The notes beneath the pieces are model-generated. The model was not told the origin of the DNA, did not search any database, and saw nothing but the letters and a program-made list of their open reading frames with translations. Of a stretch of 32,000 bases of DNA, positions 25,136-32,000 are shown piece after piece; within the stretch, counting starts at the first letter, position 1; the number at the start of each line of letters is the position of its first letter. Position numbers and translations under genes: made by a program. Origin of the DNA: Nitrosopumilus maritimus SCM1 (lineage in GTDB: Archaea > Thermoproteota > Nitrososphaeria > Nitrososphaerales > Nitrosopumilaceae); assembly GCF_000018465.1 (NCBI RefSeq), contig NC_010085.1:150001-182000 (forward strand), given 5' to 3'.

Positions 25136-26551
25136 CTAAATAAAATTAATTTCTGAAATCTCTTGGTGTATTGCACTGATTGCTTTTCTAATGTTGTCTT
25201 TTGTATCTTCTACAACAATAATTATTCTTGAAGTTTCTTCTTGTGCATCCATATTCAAAATATTCAATCCTGCCTCACCAATCTTTGCACTTGTTCTGGA
25301 TGCAACTTGTTGAACTCTCCACATTTCATCCCCGATTAATGTGATGACTCCTCTGTTGTATGTTATTGTTGCAAGAGAATCAAATCCTAACAAGTATTTT
25401 TCATTTCTTTTAACATAATCTCCATCCAAAAATAATATTCTTGAAAATTCTATACCATCTTTTGTAAATGGAGATAAAATCACAAATTCACTGTAACGCT
25501 TGTCTTTGTCTAATGATGTCAGTAATTTTTGTATTGAGTTTGTTTCTATTCTAAAAATTGCACAATTTTCTTTTCCTGTAACAATTTTGATAGGATGACC
25601 TTTTTGTTCGTCTAAAATTCTCTTTATTGTGGTAATTTTATCTGGATTTTTCATATTTGTAACTGTAATTGGCATATCGACACCATTTTCAACAATCTCT
25701 TTAATTGCTATTGGATCTAGTATCTTCATTCCAAACATTCCTGCAAGTCTTGCTTCATTGTATGATAATTGATGAACTTCTCTTAATCCTGATTCAACAA
25801 TTTTTGGATCAGCTGAAACTACTGCACTATCTTTTTCAAAATCAATACTAGTTTCATAACTTTTATGAAATAAAATGCCTAGATCTGCTGCAGTACGATC
25901 AGAGCCTCCACGCTCATATGTAGTTGTAACATTATCTACTGTTTTTCCAATGAATCCTCCTATTGTAACCACCTCGTTTTGTTCTACCAATTCTGCAGTT
26001 TTGTCCATTTTTGTGCGAGATTCTGATGTAAGAAAATTTGTTGATTCTATGTTGTTATCTGTGATAATAGGCCAATCCTCAAAATCCACGGTTTCTGCTT
26101 TGATCTTATTGCTTCTTAGAATGTAGTTCATTACATGTGACATCAAAATCTCTCCTGAGAATGCCAGTGCGCGTGAACGAACTTCATCAACAAACTCTTT
26201 GCTTTCAAATGCCTCATCTAGTGCTTTTTTTGCCTTTTCAAGATTCTGTTCAATTACATTTTCACATTTTCCTTTATTTTCATCATCAACTAACTCTAAA
26301 ATTTTCTCATATGTTGATTTGATTATATCTAATGATGGCGTTACGCCATTTTCAGCATTTCTTCCTTGTTCTAACATTACATCTGTTAGAGAACGTTTTT
26401 TCCCATTATCTAATGTCAAAGGGGCTGAAAAAACTGCAATAACTTTGGAGTCTTGTTTTAGATTAGTGATTCTTTGAATGATTTCTGGAATAGATACTCC
26501 ATTGGGACCTATTGCACTACCTCCAAATTTTGCTACTACCAGCTTTGTCAT
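25136..26551 (-). CDS. lysC: Aspartate kinase
   Basis: LVVAKFGGSAIGPNGV, TTYERGGSDRTAADLG, VSADPKIVESGLREVHQLSYNEARLAGMFGMKILDPIAI, ACT-like C-terminus. Confidence 0.93.
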   Translation of the reverse strand: MTKLVVAKFGGSAIGPNGVSIPEIIQRITNLKQDSKVIAVFSAPLTLDNGKKRSLTDVMLEQGRNAENGVTPSLDIIKSTYEKILELVDDENKGKCENVIEQNLEKAKKALDEAFESKEFVDEVRSRALAFSGEILMSHVMNYILRSNKIKAETVDFEDWPIITDNNIESTNFLTSESRTKMDKTAELVEQNEVVTIGGFIGKTVDNVTTTYERGGSDRTAADLGILFHKSYETSIDFEKDSAVVSADPKIVESGLREVHQLSYNEARLAGMFGMKILDPIAIKEIVENGVDMPITVTNMKNPDKITTIKRILDEQKGHPIKIVTGKENCAIFRIETNSIQKLLTSLDKDKRYSEFVILSPFTKDGIEFSRILFLDGDYVKRNEKYLLGFDSLATITYNRGVITLIGDEMWRVQQVASRTSAKIGEAGLNILNMDAQEETSRIIIVVEDTKDNIRKAISAIHQEISEINFI

Positions 26552-26567
26552 AGTACTTTAACAAAAA

Positions 26568-27590
26568 TCAATAGTTATCTATTAAGCTTTGAATGATTTT
26601 TGCAGCTTTTACTGCACCTTCGGTATTGACTTTATTTCTCTTTTCTTCTAATTTTGATAGAATTAACTTGTCAAGTCTTTTGATATCTTCAAAAACAAAT
26701 CCTTGTTCTTTCGCATTATCCTCTTGTTCAAAATGACCTTTAATTGGAATGAATATTGCGGGCGTACCATATGCATTAGCCTCATCAATTGTTGATTTTC
26801 CTGCAAGTGAAATTAACACATCAGCTGCAAAAATTATTTCATGCAAATTTTCTACAAATCCCAAATTTTCTACATTCTCAAATTTTTTTTCAACTGATGG
26901 ACCTGAAACTAGTACAATTTTAACATCTTGATTGATTTTTGTAATTGCCTCTAGTGCTTTTTCAATTAAAAACAATCCTGCATCAGTTCCACCAATTGAA
27001 ATAACAATTGTTTTTTTATCAAATGAAAATTTTTCTCGTAATTGTTCTCTAGTGTGATCTGTTTGTCGTACTATGGGTCCTACTCTTTGTATGTTGTCTT
27101 GTGCATCACCTATTTCTGGCAATATGACAATTTCACATTTTTTTATGATCTCTTGCATTGATTTATTCATCTTTTTTTCGATAAATGATGCTAGACCTTT
27201 TGTAAAATGTGTCTCTAAAATATCAGTAACCAAAATAGTTGGAATTTTCATTTCTTGAGCTACTGTTAGTGAAGCAAAATCCTCATCACTAATCACAATA
27301 TTAGATCTATTTTTTTCTAAAATATTTCGTGAAATGTTTTTACAATCTTTATAGTATTGATAGTAATTCCAAAGCCATTTTGCAGGACTTTTCAATGTAC
27401 CATTCTCAACAATGAATGATGGTGGATGATATACATCATCAACCTGAATTTCTAATTTCTTTAGAATTTTAGCAGCACCACTACCTGTAACAAAATTAGT
27501 TGTAATATTTTGGAAATTATTCTTGATTGCAATATCTCTTGTTACATGACCTAATCCTATTGGACTAGAAAAAAAATTTACAAGAACCAC
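26568..27590 (-). CDS. MurG/UDP-glycosyltransferase-like (GT-B, GT28-type) glycosyltransferase
   Basis: SPIGLGHVTRDIAI, VSIGGTDAG, ENLHEIIFAADVLISLAGKSTIDEANAYGTPAIFIPIKGHFEQEDNA. Confidence 0.85.
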   Translation of the reverse strand: MVLVNFFSSPIGLGHVTRDIAIKNNFQNITTNFVTGSGAAKILKKLEIQVDDVYHPPSFIVENGTLKSPAKWLWNYYQYYKDCKNISRNILEKNRSNIVISDEDFASLTVAQEMKIPTILVTDILETHFTKGLASFIEKKMNKSMQEIIKKCEIVILPEIGDAQDNIQRVGPIVRQTDHTREQLREKFSFDKKTIVISIGGTDAGLFLIEKALEAITKINQDVKIVLVSGPSVEKKFENVENLGFVENLHEIIFAADVLISLAGKSTIDEANAYGTPAIFIPIKGHFEQEDNAKEQGFVFEDIKRLDKLILSKLEEKRNKVNTEGAVKAAKIIQSLIDNY

Positions 27591-27639
27591 AAAATTGCTG
27601 TTTTTTTATCAAATTTTTAGATTCTGACCTTTCTCAAAG

Positions 27640-27645
27640 TTTAAA
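27640..27645 (+). promoter_or_regulatory. Putative TATA box (TTTAAA) for tRNA-Val
   Basis: TTTAAA about 25-30 nt upstream of the mature tRNA 5' end. Confidence 0.5.
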
Positions 27646-27669
27646 TGGTTTTTAACAACGTTGGTTTCT

Positions 27670-27744
27670 GGGCCCATAGTCCAGGTCGGTTATGACGTCG
27701 CCCTTACACGGCGAAGATCCGGGGTTCAAATCCCCGTGGGCCCA
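27670..27744 (+). tRNA. tRNA-Val (anticodon TAC)
   Basis: GGGCCCATAGTCCAGGTCGGTTATGACGTCGCCCTTACACGGCGAAGATCCGGGGTTCAAATCCCCGTGGGCCCA. Acceptor GGGCCCA/TGGGCCC, anticodon arm TCGCC-CTTACAC-GGCGA, T-loop TTCAAAT. Confidence 0.97.
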
Positions 27745-27762
27745 TATTTTCAAATCTTATTA

Positions 27763-28044
27763 ATGATAATTGGTATCATTATATGGTTCATTTTGGCAAA
27801 AAGAAGAATTCGAACTGGTCGGGGTACAAGAATAATTGAAGTTGATGACAACGATTCTGCTTGGGCAGGAAATGATTTCAAAAAACTTCAAGATGCAAGA
27901 AAAAAAGCAGCTTCTGACAAGTATATCACTGTAGGTAGAGGAACTGGTAAAATCAAATTCGGTGATATTGAAAGCACACCAACAAAATCCACTAAAGGTA
28001 TGTGGGTGAGTTCAGGTAGAGGAACTGGAAAAAGAAAACTCTGA
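27763..28044 (+). CDS. Small membrane-anchored protein with repeated GRGTG(K/R) motifs
   Basis: MIIGIIIWFILAKRRIRTGRGTR...ITVGRGTGKIKF...VSSGRGTGKRKL. Start moved to ATG 27763, because the upstream part of the track ORF is translated tRNA-Val. Confidence 0.65.
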   Translation: MIIGIIIWFILAKRRIRTGRGTRIIEVDDNDSAWAGNDFKKLQDARKKAASDKYITVGRGTGKIKFGDIESTPTKSTKGMWVSSGRGTGKRKL

Positions 28045-28140
28045 TAGTCGATACAAACCAATCAATGAATGTACATTGCTTAGATAATCTTATCCAAGAT
28101 TTTAAAATAAAAAATTCATTAAAAAAATTTTGATTGTAAG

Positions 28141-28488
28141 CTACTTGAAAGAACGTACTTTTCTAACAACTTTGTTATGATCTAGAGAAGCAGTTGTAGT
28201 GATATACAGAATATGGTTTTTTCCAGCAGGAATAACTAGTCTCTTGACTTTGTCATATTCTGCAACAACATATTTGCATGGTCCCAAACTTCTCATCAGT
28301 TTTTTTCGTTGCTTCCAATCTTTTGCTGCAGCTTTTAATGATGCCACACTTTGTTTTTTTGACACCAAAAGATTTACCTTCTTAGAACGTGCTGAGTACA
28401 GTAATTTGCCTTTGAGATCACAGACACTTACTACTCTTACAGAAGGACTGACTTTCAAAATTTTTTCAACAGCATTCTGAATTTCCAT
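28141..28488 (-). CDS. Conserved small protein, paralogous to the protein at 28619-28984
   Basis: SVASLKAAAKDWKQRKKLMRSLGPCKYVVAEYDKVKRLVIPAGKNHILYITT aligns with the neighbour's LVNLSILDWKARKDMSKWLGKTIYTLGEYDKVKRFSFYLGDDHLLLVST. Confidence 0.75.
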   Translation of the reverse strand: MEIQNAVEKILKVSPSVRVVSVCDLKGKLLYSARSKKVNLLVSKKQSVASLKAAAKDWKQRKKLMRSLGPCKYVVAEYDKVKRLVIPAGKNHILYITTTASLDHNKVVRKVRSFK

Positions 28489-28618
28489 AATTGTTAGAAA
28501 TCATTCTAGATGATAAGATTTTCTAAATTCATTTAAAATGTAGATTTTGAACATTTTTTTAAAAAACTGTGCCTGATTTGATTTTTCACTTTAATAATTC
28601 CTGTTTTATAGAAAATTA

Positions 28619-28984
28619 TTGGATTATGAAAAATTCTGCTCTCAGATTTTAGATGCTGATCCTAAAATTCGATTTGCTACCGTGTATGATGAATGGGCAG
28701 TTCATGTGGGTGGTGGTATGAGAGAAGGTGTAAAAAACTTGCTTTCAGACCATGCCGAAAAAGAACTGGTAAATTTATCCATACTAGATTGGAAAGCCCG
28801 TAAAGATATGTCAAAATGGCTTGGAAAAACTATCTACACTCTTGGTGAATATGATAAGGTTAAACGATTCTCATTTTATCTTGGTGATGATCATCTACTT
28901 CTTGTAAGTACTGAAAAAGATGACGATACTAATGTTGTAGTTGATGAAGTTATTCGATTATATTATGAAAATCAAGATAAATAA
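28619..28984 (+). CDS. Conserved small protein, paralogous to the protein at 28141-28488
   Basis: See the pairwise motif match above (DWKxRK, LG, EYDKVKR, HxLxxxT). Confidence 0.78.
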   Translation: MDYEKFCSQILDADPKIRFATVYDEWAVHVGGGMREGVKNLLSDHAEKELVNLSILDWKARKDMSKWLGKTIYTLGEYDKVKRFSFYLGDDHLLLVSTEKDDDTNVVVDEVIRLYYENQDK

Positions 28985-28987
28985 TAT

Positions 28988-29500
28988 TCATCCTATTTTA
29001 CAACAACTTTTACTTTGTAATCCTCTTGCAATCCAATAAATAGAAAATATCAATACTCCTACTGAAACAAATTTCAATTCTAATCCTTGCATTGGGAATA
29101 ATGATAATCCTCCAATTGCACCTAAAATTACTGCAAGTGGTGCTGTACATGCAGGACATCCTGGAGTAAATGCTGCAAATGCTCCTCCTAAAACTGCTGA
29201 TGAGTTAGTCTTTACTGAATTCACCATCTTCATTCTTTTCATTTTAAATGCCATCATTGCAAAATTGATACCAGCTAACGCTGATATTACAACTGTTAAT
29301 GTAATTGATGTTGCAATGTATGATGGAGATATTTCTACTGCTACATCAAAATGTGAAGGAAGCATTGACATTGTTAAAAAATAATAGATGAAGCCCAGTG
29401 CTGTTCCACTAATTATTGCAATTGTGGCATATCTTTTCATGCCTAAAACATTTTGAATTAATTGTAACTTGCTTACCAAACAAGATATTTTACGATTCAT
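28988..29500 (-). CDS. Integral membrane protein with an intramembrane CxxC and C-terminal CC motif
   Basis: Four to five hydrophobic segments; AAFTPGCPACTAPLAVILGAIGGLSLF; C-terminal ARGLQSKSCCKIG. Confidence 0.7.
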   Translation of the reverse strand: MNRKISCLVSKLQLIQNVLGMKRYATIAIISGTALGFIYYFLTMSMLPSHFDVAVEISPSYIATSITLTVVISALAGINFAMMAFKMKRMKMVNSVKTNSSAVLGGAFAAFTPGCPACTAPLAVILGAIGGLSLFPMQGLELKFVSVGVLIFSIYWIARGLQSKSCCKIG

Positions 29501-29560
29501 TATATTTTAACTATATTTCTATAATCAAAGATTTTTAGCCTTAAACTACTTAGAATCATT

Positions 29561-29812
29561 ATGACCGAATTTTCTTCTGAGGAAAAAATAATCTTGATTC
29601 AATATGGAATCAAAAAATATGAGGATGAAGCCACTTTACTTGAGAAATTAAAAAGCATACTTTCTGAAAAAGACATTCAGCGAAATATAGATACCCTGAT
29701 TGGAACTCAAAGAGTCAGACGTATTGGTCCTGAAATTCTTCAAAATAATGAAAGCCATACGGAATTACCAGAATTACCAGACAATCTCAAGCCTGTAATT
29801 GATAGCTTGTAA
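29561..29812 (+). CDS. Small hypothetical protein, helix-rich
   Basis: 83 aa ORF with non-random composition, ending 37 nt before the next gene. Confidence 0.55.
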   Translation: MTEFSSEEKIILIQYGIKKYEDEATLLEKLKSILSEKDIQRNIDTLIGTQRVRRIGPEILQNNESHTELPELPDNLKPVIDSL

Positions 29813-29849
29813 GTAAAAATCTTAAATTGACCTCTGGTTAATTTTTGAT

Positions 29850-30302
29850 ATGAATCGAATAATTTTATTTTCTAGTATTTTTGTTATGGCAATCTTTTTG
29901 TCATTATCTGTAGATTCAGCTTTTGCACATCCTCATTCTGGTCAAATAATGGTTAATGATCATACACATACATCCCAAACAGAAATCATTCCATTTAATG
30001 GGATGATGGGACTAGAAAAATCAACACTTGTTTTCCATGCCCCTGAAAATAACGATTTACCATGGGGATTTGTAGAAGGAAAGATTGCAAATCATGTTGA
30101 GGGATATCCAGTTATTATTCAGATTTTCCAAAATAATGATGCTGTTCACTTTGCTCAAACTGATGTAGGAGAAGATGGTACCTACGAATACAAATTCAGA
30201 GTTTTACACTCTGAAAACGGTGATACAAAGAAAATCTTTGATGGGGACTATTCTGTAACTATCTTCAAAGTAGTGTATATTTACCAAGAAAATTTTATCT
30301 AG
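29850..30302 (+). CDS. Secreted beta-sandwich-like protein with His-rich mature N-terminus
   Basis: Signal peptide (IILFSSIFVMAIFLSLSVDSAFA), HPHSGQIMVNDHTHTSQ, then VEGYPVIIQIFQNNDAVHFAQTDVGEDGTYEYKFRV. Confidence 0.7.
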   Translation: MNRIILFSSIFVMAIFLSLSVDSAFAHPHSGQIMVNDHTHTSQTEIIPFNGMMGLEKSTLVFHAPENNDLPWGFVEGKIANHVEGYPVIIQIFQNNDAVHFAQTDVGEDGTYEYKFRVLHSENGDTKKIFDGDYSVTIFKVVYIYQENFI

Positions 30303-31180
30303 AATCCTCTTAATCCTTGAGGACGCATAATTTCTGGATGTTGCTTCATCCATTCTATCTTATCTAACATTTCTTGTTTATCTTGAGGAAATGTACCTTT
30401 GATTGTATATGCATTTGAGCCATGGTTTGCTCTAAAAACAATCTCATCTGTGGTATCAATTTGTTCAATCAAACTTTGTAATTCTTCTAATGATTCATCA
30501 TCATTAATTCTCACAAATTCCCCTTGGTACTTGTCAAGAAATTCTTGCTTTATTCCATTTTCTAAATAAAGAGTTAATGCACCTACATAATTTGGTGAAC
30601 AAGCACTAATTACTTCAGCAGTGCCTTTGATATGTTCTTTAGAATATTTTCTACCTCCCAAACCTAAAATCACCATACATGACATAACATAACCTGCATC
30701 TTTTGCTTTGTTGACTGATTTAATGATAGTTTTTCCAATTGCTCCTTTTGTTACTTTTTTTAAAACAATATCTGAACCACTCTCAATTCCCAAATAAAAC
30801 ATGTCAAGACCTGCTTCATTCATCTTCTTTAATTCCTCAGAAGTTTTCTTTAGAATATTCATGGGCATTGCATAACAAGAAATTCTTTCAATCTTTGAGA
30901 ACTTCTCTCTAATGTATTTTACAATTTTTATCATGTATTCAGAGTCAAGATTTAATGCATCTCCATCTGCAAGAAAAACTCTTCTGGTATCTGGCAAATA
31001 TTTTGCCATCATATCAATTTCTGATTTTACTTCATCCCATGGTCTTTCAGAATATTCTTTTGATCTGTACATATCACAAAATGAACATTCGTTAAATGAA
31101 CAACCTAACGTGACTTGAAAAATTAATGACCTTGCTTCTGAAGGAGGTCTGTATAGTGGTGCATCATAATTTAACATCAT
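30299..31180 (-). CDS. Radical SAM family protein
   Basis: QVTLGCSFNECSFCDMY ([4Fe-4S] ligands spaced Cx4Cx2C), VFLADGDALNL, MFYLGIESGSDIVLKKVTKG. Confidence 0.9.
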   Translation of the reverse strand: MMLNYDAPLYRPPSEARSLIFQVTLGCSFNECSFCDMYRSKEYSERPWDEVKSEIDMMAKYLPDTRRVFLADGDALNLDSEYMIKIVKYIREKFSKIERISCYAMPMNILKKTSEELKKMNEAGLDMFYLGIESGSDIVLKKVTKGAIGKTIIKSVNKAKDAGYVMSCMVILGLGGRKYSKEHIKGTAEVISACSPNYVGALTLYLENGIKQEFLDKYQGEFVRINDDESLEELQSLIEQIDTTDEIVFRANHGSNAYTIKGTFPQDKQEMLDKIEWMKQHPEIMRPQGLRGF

Positions 31181-31279
31181 TTTTATTTCAGCTATTTTTG
31201 GACAATTATGTTTTTTATACTTTGGTTAACTTAACACAAAATACCTTTTAGTGGTAGGCGAGAAGATTTTGCATTCATT

Positions 31280-31582
31280 ATGGCAAATGATCCTGATGCA
31301 AAACGATTACTCTGGTTCATTTTTGCTGGTTCTCGAGGAGGACTGACTAGATTAAAAATTATTTCAAAATTAAAAGAAAACCCACTAAACACTAACCAAT
31401 TGGCAAATGAGCTAGGTCTAGATTACAAAGCGATTCAGCATCATATCAAAGTTCTTGAGAAAAATAATTTGATTACAAAAACAGGTGAAAAATATGGAAT
31501 TATGTTTTTCATTTCTACCTTTCTTGAAGTAAATATGGAGACATTTGATAAAATTGAGGAAAAATTGGATAAAAGTAAATAA
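31280..31582 (+). CDS. Winged helix-turn-helix (ArsR-like) transcriptional regulator
   Basis: SRGGLTRLKIISKLKENPLNTNQLANELGLDYKAIQHHIKVLEKNNLITKTGEKYG. Confidence 0.88.
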   Translation: MANDPDAKRLLWFIFAGSRGGLTRLKIISKLKENPLNTNQLANELGLDYKAIQHHIKVLEKNNLITKTGEKYGIMFFISTFLEVNMETFDKIEEKLDKSK

Positions 31583-31607
31583 AAGCTCAAGAGGTGTTTT
31601 TCTCTAA

Positions 31608-31892
31608 ATGGAGCCTACATCTCTGATTTTGTCAATTGTCTCAATTATCAATATGGGGATATTGGGAATTTTGATTGCAATATTTGGAAATATGTATGGA
31701 AAAACAAGAGCTCAACTCCCACTTGGAATGATTGTTGTTGCAGCTATGTTGTTTTTGCATAATGTTGTTGGTGCAATGGCTTATTTCTCAATGGAACATC
31801 TATTTTCTAATGAAATATTCCCATACATGTTAGGAGTTGGTGTTGCTGAGTTGGTAGGATTGATAATATTCTTAAAAATCACTTTGGACTAA
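31608..31892 (+). CDS. Three-TM small membrane protein of unknown function
   Basis: 94 aa with three clear hydrophobic segments, directly downstream of the wHTH regulator. Confidence 0.65.
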   Translation: MEPTSLILSIVSIINMGILGILIAIFGNMYGKTRAQLPLGMIVVAAMLFLHNVVGAMAYFSMEHLFSNEIFPYMLGVGVAELVGLIIFLKITLD

Positions 31893-31927
31893 TCTTAGTT
31901 TAATTGTAACAAAATCTGTCAAAACAC

Positions 31928-32000
31928 ATGCTGCAAGAATATCTAAAACTTAACAAGAATATTCTAATTGCTTTTGCTGCATCAATAACAATTTCTGCAG
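31928..32000 (+). CDS. 5' end of a CDS truncated by the window edge
   Basis: ATG at 31928: MLQEYLKLNKNILIAFAASITISA..., hydrophobic signal/TM-like start, open to the edge. Confidence 0.45.
   Translation, partial: MLQEYLKLNKNILIAFAASITISA

Noticed and set aside
27661-27762. N-terminal part of the track ORF 27661-28044 (MVSGPIVQVGYDVALTRRRSGVQIPVGPY)
   Set aside because: This segment is the sense translation of tRNA-Val; the real CDS most likely starts at ATG 27763.
30299-31180. Cx4Cx2C radical SAM cluster as a novel motif
   Set aside because: The spacing differs from canonical Cx3Cx2C, but TLGCSxNxCxFCxMY-type sequences are a known variant group within radical SAM proteins, so it is not claimed as new.
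1-32000. CRISPR arrays, transposons, integrases, toxin-antitoxin or restriction systems
   Set aside because: No regularly spaced direct repeats, transposase/integrase motifs, terminal repeats or defence-type domains were seen on either strand.

Overview
An AT-rich archaeal chromosomal segment. It looks like an ammonia-oxidising thaumarchaeote (Nitrosopumilus-like), judging from A-type heme-copper oxidase with cupredoxins, TATA-box/leaderless starts, F420-linked genes and small conserved proteins; this assignment is inference. Supported content: (i) the 3' end of an Fe-type alcohol dehydrogenase; (ii) a Rieske protein next to a long metallo-beta-lactamase-fold protein; (iii) a CBS protein; (iv) a surface-glycan-like block (GT2, sulfotransferase, PGI/PMI, NAD-dependent epimerase, two Gfo/Idh/MocA proteins) with mtnA inside it; (v) a MIP18/PqqD-like fusion; (vi) F420-linked redox genes; (vii) a terminal oxidase cluster with subunit II split in two, subunit I, a two-domain cupredoxin and a half-size CtaA; (viii) three tRNAs (Arg-TCG, Lys-CTT, Val-TAC); (ix) an orphan histidine kinase; (x) ilvE, aspartate kinase, a GT28-like glycosyltransferase, a radical SAM protein and several small conserved proteins. 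No CRISPR array, transposon, integrase or rRNA was seen. The observations most worth follow-up are a GC-rich foldable intergenic RNA candidate (about 25036-25133) with its own TATA-like box, the MIP18/PqqD-like fusion, the Rieske/MBL pair resembling a split CMAH, the complementary-degenerate Gfo/Idh pair, and an atypical tRNA-Arg. No complete new multi-gene system can be demonstrated from the sequence alone.
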